A stretch of DNA of 64,000 bases from Trueperaceae bacterium (lineage in GTDB: Bacteria > Deinococcota > Deinococci > Deinococcales > Trueperaceae): the NCBI GenBank assembly GCA_034520945.1, contig JAXHNB010000006.1:704001-768000 (forward strand), read 5' to 3'. A program made the translations under genes and the position numbers. The notes under the pieces were generated by a model, which was not told the DNA's origin, did not search any database, and saw nothing but the letters and a program-made list of their open reading frames with translations. Below are positions 50,165 to 59,500 of this stretch, piece after piece. Numbering within the stretch: the stretch's first letter is position 1; the number at the start of each line of letters is the position of its first letter.

Positions 50165-51706
50165 GTGACGGCGTTCCCGTTCGCGACCTTTCGCAGCGGC
50201 CAGCGCGAGTCCCTGGACGCCATCCGCAGCGCCTTCGACGGCGGACACCGGTTCGTCGTCCTGGACGCGCCGACCGGCGCCGGCAAGTCCGCCGTCGCGG
50301 TCGCGCTGGCGCGTGAGGCGTCCAGCGCGTACGTGCTGACCGGCCAGAAGCTCCTGCAGGACCAGTATCTTCGCGACTTTCCCGACCTGTCGCTAATGAA
50401 GGGACGCGCCAACTACGACTGCCTGGTGATCCCGACGCACGCCGCGGCGGCGCCCTGTCTGGTGGGCCGTCGCTACGAGGCGTGCGACGCGTGCCCCTAC
50501 TTCCGCGCCAAGGACGTGGCCATGGCGGCCGACGGCACGGTGATGAACTACGCGTACTTCTTGCACGAGGTCAACTTCGGCGGCGGTTTCGGCGAACGCG
50601 ACCTGCTGGTGCTGGACGAAGCGCACGGGATCGAAGGGGCCCTGATGCAGTTCGCGGAGGTGCGCCTCACCGACGCCGACCTGGCGCGCACCGGCGTGCA
50701 GGCGCAGCTGCCCCAAGGGCCCGACGTGGAGGTCCACCTGGACGCCGCCATCGAGTTGATCCCGCGCCTCCGGGAGCGATCCTCGCAGTTGGCGGTGCGA
50801 CAGCAGGGACTCCCGACCGGCAGCGGCGAGCTGGCGGCGCTGCTCCGTGCCCGGCGTTGGCTGGACGGCACGGTGCACCGCCTGAGCCTGCTGCAGGACG
50901 ACGTCGAGGAGGGGGGACGCTGGGTGGTGGACCGGGACCGCGACGCGGACGGCGTCGCCGTCGCCTTCAGGCCCGTCGACGTCGCCGCACTGGCCGAACC
51001 GCTGTTGTTCCGCTACGGCGCGCGGGTGCTGATGATGTCCGCCACGGTGCTCGACGCCGAGACCTACCTCCGGGCGTTGGGGATCGACCCGGCCGCGGCG
51101 GCGGTCGTCCAGGCCGACGCCACCTTCCCGCCGCAGAACCGGCCGATCCGGCTGCGGCCCGCCGCGCGCCTCACCCGGCACTACCTGTCGCGCGACCTCC
51201 CGCGGCTGGTCGACGCCGTGGCCGAACTGATGCGCATGCACCCGGACGAGAAGGGCGTAGTGCACGCGCACTCGTACAAGATCGCCCGGGCGATCACGGA
51301 GGGGCTGCCGCCCGAACTGGCCACGCGCGTGCGCAGCCACGCCAGCGCGGCCGACCGGGACGCGGCCCTCACCGCGCACCTGGACGCGCGCGAACCGACG
51401 GTGCTGGTGACGCCCAGCATGACGGAAGGCATCGACCTGGCCGACGATCGCGCCCGCTGGCAGGCGATCTGCAAGATCCCCTACCCCTACCTCGGCGACC
51501 CCCAGGTGGCCGCGCGGCGCGAGATCGACCCCTCCTGGTACGCCTGGCGGACGTGCCTACGCGTGGTACAGGCGTACGGCCGCTCGGTGCGCAGCCGAGA
51601 CGACCACGCCGTGACCTACCTGTTGGACGCCGACTTCCCGGCCTTTCTGAAGCGCGAACGCGGGCGCCTGCCGGGATGGTTCCTGGAGGCGATCGAAGAG
51701 GCCTGA
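50165..51706 (+). CDS. DinG/XPD-like SF2 helicase with probable Fe-S cluster
   Basis: Q motif 'RSGQ', 'APTGAGKS', four Cys, 'DEAH', 'MSAT', 'EGIDL', 'QAYGRSVRSRDD'. Confidence 0.88.
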   Translation: MTAFPFATFRSGQRESLDAIRSAFDGGHRFVVLDAPTGAGKSAVAVALAREASSAYVLTGQKLLQDQYLRDFPDLSLMKGRANYDCLVIPTHAAAAPCLVGRRYEACDACPYFRAKDVAMAADGTVMNYAYFLHEVNFGGGFGERDLLVLDEAHGIEGALMQFAEVRLTDADLARTGVQAQLPQGPDVEVHLDAAIELIPRLRERSSQLAVRQQGLPTGSGELAALLRARRWLDGTVHRLSLLQDDVEEGGRWVVDRDRDADGVAVAFRPVDVAALAEPLLFRYGARVLMMSATVLDAETYLRALGIDPAAAAVVQADATFPPQNRPIRLRPAARLTRHYLSRDLPRLVDAVAELMRMHPDEKGVVHAHSYKIARAITEGLPPELATRVRSHASAADRDAALTAHLDAREPTVLVTPSMTEGIDLADDRARWQAICKIPYPYLGDPQVAARREIDPSWYAWRTCLRVVQAYGRSVRSRDDHAVTYLLDADFPAFLKRERGRLPGWFLEAIEEA

Positions 51707-51820
51707 CGTGCACCGAGCCGGCACGGTGCCGCGTTCCAGCAGCGAGCTACGCCAGGCTCCTCATCGCATGGAGCTTCAGCCTTGCGACAACGTTCATCGC
51801 ACGAGCCCCCATACTGGGGC

Positions 51821-54800
51821 ATGAAGGACGAGGACCCATTGCGGGTCACGCTGCTGGGGGGCTTCGGCCTGGCCGTGGGAGCGCGGCCGGTGCCTCGCGA
51901 TGCGTGGCGGCTGACCAAGGGCAAGGACCTCGTCAAGATGCTTGCACTGGCCCCGGGTCGTCGCCTCCACCGCGAACAGGTACTCGAGTCCTTGTGGCCA
52001 GAACGGGAGCGCGAAGCGCAGCTCAACAACCTGCACCAGGTGGTCAGTGCCGCCCGCAACGCGATTGCCGCCGCGGGTGGCGACGGTCATGCGTGCGTTG
52101 CCTTTCGCGCCGAGACACTGCTCTTGTGCCCGCACGGCGAGCCGTGGATCGACGCCGATGCGTTCGAGCGCAGCGCGCGCGCGGCGATCGGCGGCGACGA
52201 TCGGGCGCTGTGCCGCGCGGCGCTCGACCTGTACGCCGGCGAGCTTCTGCCCGAGGATCGCTATGCGTCATGGACATCCGGGCCGCGCGAGATCCTACGA
52301 GGCCTGGCACAGGAGGTGAGGGTCGCCCTCGCCCTGTGCCTCGAGGCCGACGGCGAACTGGCGCTCGCGGCGGACCTGCTGCGAGGTAGCGTTGCCGAGG
52401 ACCCTGCACACGAGGCCGCGCATCGCCACCTCATGCGCGTCTATGCGCGCGCCGGAGATCGCGGCGCCGCGGCACGCCAGTTCCAAACGCTGACGCAGGC
52501 GCTGCACGACGAGCTCGCCGTGGCGCCGGACGAGCACAGCGTCGCCTTGCACCGGGACATCGCCTCGGGCCGCGTGGGTTCCGTGGCTGGCGATTCGCTG
52601 GTGTCGCCGCGCCGGAGCAACCTTCCCGCACCATTGAGCAGCTTCGTGGGCCGCGCCAGTGAACTCGAGCGAATCCCATCCCTGGTCCGCCAAAAACGCC
52701 TGGTGACGCTCGTCGGACCGGGTGGCTGCGGCAAGACCCGCTTGGCCCTGGAGATCGGAACCCACCTGATGGATGCCTTCGAGCACGGCGTGTTCCTCGT
52801 CGAGCTCGCGGCGACCGCGGGCGCCGAAGACGTCATGTTCGAAACGGCCCGCGCGCTCGGCGTGCGGAGCGGCGCCGACGAGGCGTCCGCGGTCGCGTCG
52901 GTCGTGCGGCGTATTGGTCACGGCGCCACGCTGCTGATCCTCGACAACTGCGAGCATGTCGTGGCCGCGGTCGCGGGCATGGCGGCCGCTTTGCTCGGGC
53001 AGTGCCCGCACCTGCACGTGCTCGCGACCAGTCGAGAAGCCTTGCGCCTGCCCGGGGAAACCGTGCGGCGTGTGGCGCCCCTGAGCGCACCGGATCCGGC
53101 GCAGCGGCCGAGCCTCGAGGCGATCGCTGAACACGACGCCGTGCGGCTGTTCGTCGAGCGCGCCGCGGATGCGCACGAGGGATTTGCGCTCGACACGTCG
53201 AATGCACCCCTGGTGGCGGCGATCTGCTACAGGCTGGACGGCATCCCGCTCGCGCTCGAGCTCGCGGCGGCGCGCGTAGCGGCGCTGCCGCTGTCGGCGA
53301 TCGCCGGGCACCTGGATGACCGCTTCCGGTTCCTCACCGGCGGCCTGCCGCATGGGCTCACACGGCAGCAGACGCTGGAGGCCACGGTGGCCTGGAGCTA
53401 CGCGCTCCTCGCGCCGCAGGAGCAGACGATGTTCCGCCGGCTCGCCGTGTTCTACGGCCCCTTCGACCTCGAAGCCGCCGCGGCCGTGGCCGACCCGGCG
53501 CTGCAGGGCAGCCACGCGACCGCGCTTCTCGCGCGCCTCGTGGAGCGCTCGATGGTCGTGTCCGGTGTCGGCGGCTCCGCCGCGCAGTTCCGACTGCTGG
53601 ACACGATGCGCGCCTACGGCAGGGAACGGCTGGCGGAGCAGGGCGAGCTCGCTGAGGCACGTTCCGCACACGCACGGTGGCTGTTCGAGCTCGCCCAGAG
53701 GACTGCGCCCCTGCGGGCCGGCGCCGTCGGTGGCGAGCGTTTTGCGGAGCTCGACCGTGCCCACGACGAACTCCTGCCGGCGCTCGAGCACCTGATCCAC
53801 CACGATGGCGCCGACGCGTTGCGCCTCGTCGTGCGGCTGTGCCCATACTGCCTATGGAACGACCAGGTGGCGGAAGGCCTCATGTTCTCGCGTCTCGTGC
53901 TCGAGCACGTGCTGGAGCCGTCTACGCTGCGGGTGGAGGCGGCGATCGGCGCGTCGGTCCTCGCGCTCCGCGGCGTCGGCTTCGACCTGGCTGCGCGTTA
54001 CGCCGTGGGCGCCGCTGCTGACGCACGAACGCTGGACGACCGCGCCTCGATTTGCCGCGCACTCCTCTGCCTGGGAATCATGCGCTGGTGCGCCGAAGAT
54101 CTTGTCGGCGCCGAGCGCCTGTTCGGTGAGGCGCGAGCCGTCGCCGTGCAGGACGGTCTCGTGCCCGAGGCGATCGTGGCCCTGCAGACCTCGGCGGCGT
54201 TGTGCGCCGACTGGCGCAACTTCGATGCCGCCGAGCGCCACCTGGAGGAGGCGGAGGGCTGGTGCCGACGACTTCGGGAGGGCGAGATCCTTCCGCTCAT
54301 GGTGACGCTCGGGCACTGGCTGCCCATGCGGCGTGGCGGCGCAAGCCGGCTGATGTGGGCCGAGCCCTTCGTGGTGTTCAGGGGGGTCCCGAAGGGCGCC
54401 GTGCGGCCGACGCTCCTGTCGGAGCGCGCCAACCTGGCCCGCCTGGTGGGCGACCGGGATCGCGCCCGCGCCGGGCTCCGCGAGGCGCTTGCGCTGTTCC
54501 GCGAGGAAGGCGACGCGGCCGGGGTTTCGCGAATGCAGTGCAGGCTCGGTCAAGTGGCCTTCAGCGAGGGCGATTTCGATGACGCGTACGAACAGTTGGA
54601 GGAGAGCCGTCGACTCCGCCTGCGCATCGGGGAGGTGCGGAGCATCCAGGTCAACCTGGTGAGCCTGGCCCGCCTCGCGGCCGAGCGGCAGCGCCTGGAC
54701 CTCGCCCATCGGTACCTGCGCGATGCCGAGGAGATGAGCAGGGACCGTCTCGATCGCCCTGGCCTGTCGATGATCCTCATCGAACGAGGGGTGGTGGCCC

Positions 54801-55048
54801 TGGCTGCGGGCGAAGCGGACGACGCGGTGGCCCTCCTGACGGAGGCGCTCACGATCGCCCGCGCGCACGGCACGGCGTTGCACGTGGGGTGCGTTCTGCG
54901 AGATCTTGGTGCGGCCCAGGCCGCGGCCGGACGGGGCGCGGATGCCGCGGGGTCGCTCGCGGAGGCGGTAGCCACGTTCGCCCGCGTGGGCCACGACGAG
55001 GAGGCGGGCTTCTGTCGTGCGCTGCGGGTGAGCGCAGGGGGTCGCTAA
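51821..55048 (+). CDS. AfsR/SARP-like regulator: wHTH-BTAD, STAND ATPase, TPR repeats
   Basis: 'LLGGF', 'LHREQVLESLWP', 'SSFVGR', 'GPGGCGKT', 'LDNCEH', 'DGIPLALELAA'. Confidence 0.9.
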   Translation: MKDEDPLRVTLLGGFGLAVGARPVPRDAWRLTKGKDLVKMLALAPGRRLHREQVLESLWPEREREAQLNNLHQVVSAARNAIAAAGGDGHACVAFRAETLLLCPHGEPWIDADAFERSARAAIGGDDRALCRAALDLYAGELLPEDRYASWTSGPREILRGLAQEVRVALALCLEADGELALAADLLRGSVAEDPAHEAAHRHLMRVYARAGDRGAAARQFQTLTQALHDELAVAPDEHSVALHRDIASGRVGSVAGDSLVSPRRSNLPAPLSSFVGRASELERIPSLVRQKRLVTLVGPGGCGKTRLALEIGTHLMDAFEHGVFLVELAATAGAEDVMFETARALGVRSGADEASAVASVVRRIGHGATLLILDNCEHVVAAVAGMAAALLGQCPHLHVLATSREALRLPGETVRRVAPLSAPDPAQRPSLEAIAEHDAVRLFVERAADAHEGFALDTSNAPLVAAICYRLDGIPLALELAAARVAALPLSAIAGHLDDRFRFLTGGLPHGLTRQQTLEATVAWSYALLAPQEQTMFRRLAVFYGPFDLEAAAAVADPALQGSHATALLARLVERSMVVSGVGGSAAQFRLLDTMRAYGRERLAEQGELAEARSAHARWLFELAQRTAPLRAGAVGGERFAELDRAHDELLPALEHLIHHDGADALRLVVRLCPYCLWNDQVAEGLMFSRLVLEHVLEPSTLRVEAAIGASVLALRGVGFDLAARYAVGAAADARTLDDRASICRALLCLGIMRWCAEDLVGAERLFGEARAVAVQDGLVPEAIVALQTSAALCADWRNFDAAERHLEEAEGWCRRLREGEILPLMVTLGHWLPMRRGGASRLMWAEPFVVFRGVPKGAVRPTLLSERANLARLVGDRDRARAGLREALALFREEGDAAGVSRMQCRLGQVAFSEGDFDDAYEQLEESRRLRLRIGEVRSIQVNLVSLARLAAERQRLDLAHRYLRDAEEMSRDRLDRPGLSMILIERGVVALAAGEADDAVALLTEALTIARAHGTALHVGCVLRDLGAAQAAAGRGADAAGSLAEAVATFARVGHDEEAGFCRALRVSAGGR

Positions 55049-55153
55049 GTGCCGGCAAAGAGCGGCGGCACATGATTGGCGTGTCCTCGCCGTCGGAACG
55101 GCGGGGCGGGGGGCCGTTGCGGCCCCGACGTTCTCGCAACGGGAGGTTTCATC

Positions 55154-56764
55154 GTGAATCATCGTGGATACCATCGCGGCCTGGTGCCGGCCGCCATCCT
55201 GCTGGGTTGCACGCTCGTCAGCTTCGCGCTTGCCGAGCGGAACGGGGCGCCCATGGCAGCGCTCGGGACCGTACGCTTCGCCACGTCCTGTACGGACGAG
55301 GCCGACGCGCGGTTCGATCGGGCGCTGGCCCTCTTGCACCACATGATGTATGCGGAGGCCGAGGAGGCGTTTGCCGCGGTCGTCGCCGAGGATCCCGACT
55401 GCGCGATGGCACACTGGGGCATCGCCATGTCTCTGATTCACCCCGTGTGGGCGGGCAGTCCCACGCCGGCGGACATGGCCCGCGGCCGCGAGGCGCTCGC
55501 CCAGGCGCGTGCATCCGACAGCGCCAGCGCCCGCGAGGGCGCCTACCTCGACGCGGCAGGCGCCTTTTTCGACGCGGCCGACGCCGACTACCCCACCCGC
55601 CTGCAGAGCTTGCGCGATGCGATGCGCCGCGTTCACGACGTGTATCCCGACGACGCGGATGCTGCCGCCCTCTACGCCCTCATGCTGGTCGCCACGGCGC
55701 CGGTCGACGACGTCAGCCGAGGCCAGCAGCGGCGCGCCGCCGAGCTTCTCGCCGACGTGCGGCGTCGGATCCCCGATCATCCTGGTTCCATCCACTACGC
55801 GATCCACGCCCACGACTCCCCGGAACTCGCTGCGGAGGGCGAGGAGATCGCGCGCCGGTACGATGCCATCGCACCGGAGGTGCCGCACGCGCTGCACATG
55901 GCCTCGCACATCTTCGTTCGACTCGGCATGTGGTCCGAGTCCGCGCAATGGAACCGGCGTTCTGCGGACGCCGCGCTGGCCCTGTCGGCCGGGGCCCCCA
56001 TCGTGAACCACTATCCGCACGCCATGGACTACTTGGCGTACGCGTATCTGCAGCAGGCGGCGGATGACGACGCGTCGGCCCTGTTCGACGAGCTGCGCGC
56101 GCACGACGCCTACCGCTTCGACTTCGGCGCCGTGCACGCCTTCACTGCAATTCCAGCGCGGCTTGCGCTCGAACGGCAGCGGTGGGCGGAAGCCGCAGCG
56201 TTGCCAATCCGCACGCCCGAGGCCATCGACTGGGACGCGTTCCCCCAGCTCGAGGCGATCACGCATTTTGCGCGCGGCATTGGCGCTGCGCGCAGTGGGA
56301 ACCTCGGGGCCGCACAGGCCTCGCTGGCTTCACTGGAGGCGCTGGGCGCCCAGACCTCGGGCTACTGGTCGCAGCAGGTGAAGCTGCAACGGCTGGCCGT
56401 GTCCGCTTGGATCGCACACGCGCAGGGAGATGACGATCGTGCGGTCCAGGACATGCGCGCTGCGGCCGAGCTCGAAGCCGAGGTGGGCAAGCATCCCGTC
56501 ACGCCGAGCGGCGTCGCCCCGGTGGGCGAGCAGCTGGGCGACCTGTACTGGGCGCTGAATCGGCCCGCCGAAGCGTTGGCTGCCTACGAGGCGGTGTTGC
56601 GCGTCGCGCCCCATCGCCTCAACAGCCTCGCGGGCGCCGTGCGCGCTGCCAGCGCGCTCGGTGACGTCGACCGGGTGGGGCGCCACCGGACACCTCTCCT
56701 CGAGGCGATCGAGGGAGCCGATGGCGATCGCGCGAGGCTTCTCCGCTCCCTGGGCGCATTCTAG
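55154..56764 (+). CDS. Exported TPR/alpha-helical protein with His-rich motifs, function unknown
   Basis: GGGAGG SD before GTG 55154; signal peptide; 'DPDCAMAHWG', 'HPGSIHYAIH', 'PHALHMASHIF'. Confidence 0.75.
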   Translation: MNHRGYHRGLVPAAILLGCTLVSFALAERNGAPMAALGTVRFATSCTDEADARFDRALALLHHMMYAEAEEAFAAVVAEDPDCAMAHWGIAMSLIHPVWAGSPTPADMARGREALAQARASDSASAREGAYLDAAGAFFDAADADYPTRLQSLRDAMRRVHDVYPDDADAAALYALMLVATAPVDDVSRGQQRRAAELLADVRRRIPDHPGSIHYAIHAHDSPELAAEGEEIARRYDAIAPEVPHALHMASHIFVRLGMWSESAQWNRRSADAALALSAGAPIVNHYPHAMDYLAYAYLQQAADDDASALFDELRAHDAYRFDFGAVHAFTAIPARLALERQRWAEAAALPIRTPEAIDWDAFPQLEAITHFARGIGAARSGNLGAAQASLASLEALGAQTSGYWSQQVKLQRLAVSAWIAHAQGDDDRAVQDMRAAAELEAEVGKHPVTPSGVAPVGEQLGDLYWALNRPAEALAAYEAVLRVAPHRLNSLAGAVRAASALGDVDRVGRHRTPLLEAIEGADGDRARLLRSLGAF

Positions 56765-56956
56765 GGTCGGGACCAAGGCTGGCCGGAACGGCCAGCGGCG
56801 AGCCGGTCACGGACCAGCTCCTGGACGGCCTGGGCGAAGCGTATTCGCAGGTTCTGACACGAGACGGCTTCCCCTTCGTCGACGTTCGGCTGACGAAGGG
56901 CGGCCGTCCCTCGCGCAACCGTAGGCCGCTCTAGGCCCGTGACCGTTCGCGCCGCG

Positions 56957-58183
56957 TCAGAAGTAATCGGCCCCGCCCAGAAACGGCGGATGCGACGCCA
57001 CCGTGCCGGCCAGCGGCGCCAGCGCGGCCGGGTCGCCGTCGGCCAGGCCGGCCGCCTGCAGCGCGGCCGGCGGCACGCCCGCCAACACCGCGGCCAGGCC
57101 ACGCACGTCCACCCGCGCCGCGGCCTCCGCCTCCGTGGGCGTCGCCTCGCATCCCTCCGGCCCCACGCGGACGCGCCAGCGTCCCGCGTTCCAGTCGCAG
57201 AAGGAATCGTCGACCTCGATCACGTCGTCCCGCGGTGCCGCGTCGCGCGGTCCGCGAAGGGGTCGCAACGCCGCGGCGACGTCCACGATGCGGGCCTGCA
57301 GGATCGCCCGCGGGGCGGTATGGCGGGGCGCCTCGTCCCGTGCCAGGGGATCGGCGGCGGGCAGATCGATCAGGATGCGGTCCACCTGGCCGCGCCATGC
57401 CCCCAGCAGGTCGAGGACCCGGCGCCGTCCGGCGGCGTCGCGCCACGCGGCGTCGACCACGTGCAGGGTGCCCTCGCTGCCGAATCCGTCCGTGGCCACG
57501 ATGGCGTAGCCGTCGGTGGTGCGGTACGCCAGCGGGCGGGTCGCGCCCTCCGTCGGGGGGTCGAACAGGCCGGTCCACTGCCTGGCGTGGGGCGGCGCCT
57601 CGCCGTCGGGCCGCCAGTCCCGCAGGAACGCGAAGGTGTGGCCCTGCGCGAAGACGTCCCGTACCGCCAGCATCTCGTCGTCCGCGCCGGCACCCACCTC
57701 CTCGAAGGCCGCGCGCTTGGGGTCGCCCGCCACGCGGTCCAGGGGGGCGTGCAACCGCACGCCGGCGGCGACCGACGCGAAGCCGAGAGCACCGTAGAAG
57801 CGCGGGTCGAACGGGTGTTCGAGCGCCAGGCCGACCCCTTGGCTGTGCAGTTCGTGCAACCCGTGCCACAACAGGGCGCGGACGTGTCCCTGGCGGCGGT
57901 GCTCCGGTGCGGACGCCACCCCGCCCAGCGCGCCGGTGACGACCGGGACGCCGCCCACGTACGCCCGGAACGGAAACCAGGTCCCGGTGGCGACCGGCTC
58001 GCCTGCGACGAACGTGCCGCGGGTCCACGGCAGGCGCGCCGCCAAGTTCGCCCGTACCGCGGCGTCGTCCTCGGCCGTGCGCCCCCCGAACGCGCGGTTG
58101 CGAAGTCGGATCCACCGTGCCAGGTGACGGGCGTCCAAGGGCGCCACGCGCGCTTCGGCCTCGCGGCCGGCCCGGGGCCTCAC
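56957..58183 (-). CDS. Eis-like GNAT acetyltransferase
   Basis: 'GGVASAPEHRRQG', 'FYGALGF', SCP2-like C-terminus ending 'DYF'. Confidence 0.85.
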   Translation of the reverse strand: MRPRAGREAEARVAPLDARHLARWIRLRNRAFGGRTAEDDAAVRANLAARLPWTRGTFVAGEPVATGTWFPFRAYVGGVPVVTGALGGVASAPEHRRQGHVRALLWHGLHELHSQGVGLALEHPFDPRFYGALGFASVAAGVRLHAPLDRVAGDPKRAAFEEVGAGADDEMLAVRDVFAQGHTFAFLRDWRPDGEAPPHARQWTGLFDPPTEGATRPLAYRTTDGYAIVATDGFGSEGTLHVVDAAWRDAAGRRRVLDLLGAWRGQVDRILIDLPAADPLARDEAPRHTAPRAILQARIVDVAAALRPLRGPRDAAPRDDVIEVDDSFCDWNAGRWRVRVGPEGCEATPTEAEAAARVDVRGLAAVLAGVPPAALQAAGLADGDPAALAPLAGTVASHPPFLGGADYF

Positions 58184-58650
58184 GCCGGTTCGACCTCGAA
58201 GGGGAGCGGTACGGGTCGCTCGGCGTGCGTGCGAAGCACCATGGTGGTTTCGGTCCGCTCGATCCCCTCCATCATCATCAGGCCGTCCAGGAACTCGTCG
58301 AGCTGTTCCGGGTCGGCGACGCGGACCTTCGCTAGGTAGCTGTACGTGCCGGCGACGGAGTGCAACTCCTGGATCTCGGTCAACGCCAACAGGCGTGCGA
58401 CCAGCGCTCGCGCCTCCGTTCCCGGACGCGGCGCCAACGCCACGAAGGCGCAGATCGGCAGGCCCAGGGCGTCGGGGTTCAGCACGGCACGGGTGCCCTG
58501 GATCACCCCGGCCTGCTCCAACTTGCGGATCCGCTCGCCGACGGCGGGGGCGGACAGGCCGACGCGCTTGGCGACGGAGGCGTGCGCTGCGCGGCCGTGC
58601 TCACGGAGGATCGCCAGGATGTTCTGGTCGATCGCATCGAAACGGGACAT
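58180..58650 (-). CDS. Lrp/AsnC family transcriptional regulator
   Basis: 'DAIDQNIL...VGLSAPAVGERIRKLEQAGVI'. Confidence 0.93.
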   Translation of the reverse strand: MSRFDAIDQNILAILREHGRAAHASVAKRVGLSAPAVGERIRKLEQAGVIQGTRAVLNPDALGLPICAFVALAPRPGTEARALVARLLALTEIQELHSVAGTYSYLAKVRVADPEQLDEFLDGLMMMEGIERTETTMVLRTHAERPVPLPFEVEPA

Positions 58651-58710
58651 GCCGAACGCTACCACCCTGCCCAGGCCCGCTCGCAGGCGGCCGGCTGATA
58701 CGCTCGGCGG

Positions 58711-59499
58711 GTGCGCGTCCTCTTCGTCGGCGACGTCTTCGCCACTCCAGGGATGAAGGCTGCGCGGTCCTACCTGGACCGCGTACGGCCGGACTACGAC
58801 TTCGTGATCGTCAACGGCGAGAACGCCGCGGGCGGGCGGGGGATCACGCGCAAGCACTACCAGCAGTTGCGCGCCGCCGGTGCGGACGTGGTCACCCTCG
58901 GCAACCACACCTTCGACCAGCCCGAGGTCCACGGCCTGCTGGAGGAGACGCAGCACCTGTTGCGTCCCATGAACTACCCGCCGGGCACGCCGGGCCTGGG
59001 GGCGGCCACGTTCACGGCGGCGGACGGCTCGCGGATCACGGTCGCCCAGGTGATGGGTCGGGTGTTCATGGACCCGCTCGACGACCCGTTTCGGGCGCTC
59101 GACGACCTGATCGATCGATGCCCTGCGGGCGAGGCGCTGGTGTTGGATCTGCACGCCGAGGCGACCAGCGAGAAGAAGGTGCTGCTGCATCACGTCGCCG
59201 GCCGCGTCAGCGCGGCCATCGGGTCCCACACCCACGTCCAGACGGCCGACGAGACCGTGGTGAACGGCACCGCGTACATCACCGACGTCGGCATGACGGG
59301 CGTGCAGCACTCGGCGATCGGCATGGCCTACGAAGAGGTGCACCACCGCTTCACCCGCAAGACCCCCAAGCGCTTCCGGCCGGCCGAAGGGCCCGCCACG
59401 GTGTGCGCGGTGTCGTTCGTGCTGGACGGGGCGCGCGCCCGCAGCGTGGAGCGCTTGAGGTGGACCGCGGAGCAGGCCGCCCAAGACGAGGCGCGGTAG
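58711..59499 (+). CDS. ymdB: YmdB-like metallophosphoesterase
   Basis: 'GDV', 'NGENAAGG', 'GNH', 'HAEATSEK', 'GSHTHV', 'TDVGMTG'. Confidence 0.92.
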   Translation: MRVLFVGDVFATPGMKAARSYLDRVRPDYDFVIVNGENAAGGRGITRKHYQQLRAAGADVVTLGNHTFDQPEVHGLLEETQHLLRPMNYPPGTPGLGAATFTAADGSRITVAQVMGRVFMDPLDDPFRALDDLIDRCPAGEALVLDLHAEATSEKKVLLHHVAGRVSAAIGSHTHVQTADETVVNGTAYITDVGMTGVQHSAIGMAYEEVHHRFTRKTPKRFRPAEGPATVCAVSFVLDGARARSVERLRWTAEQAAQDEAR

Positions 59500-59500
59500 G

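Noticed and set aside
49988..56900. Genomic island integrated at tRNA-Leu
   Set aside because: No integrase or transposase, and no duplicated tRNA 3' end noticed in the window
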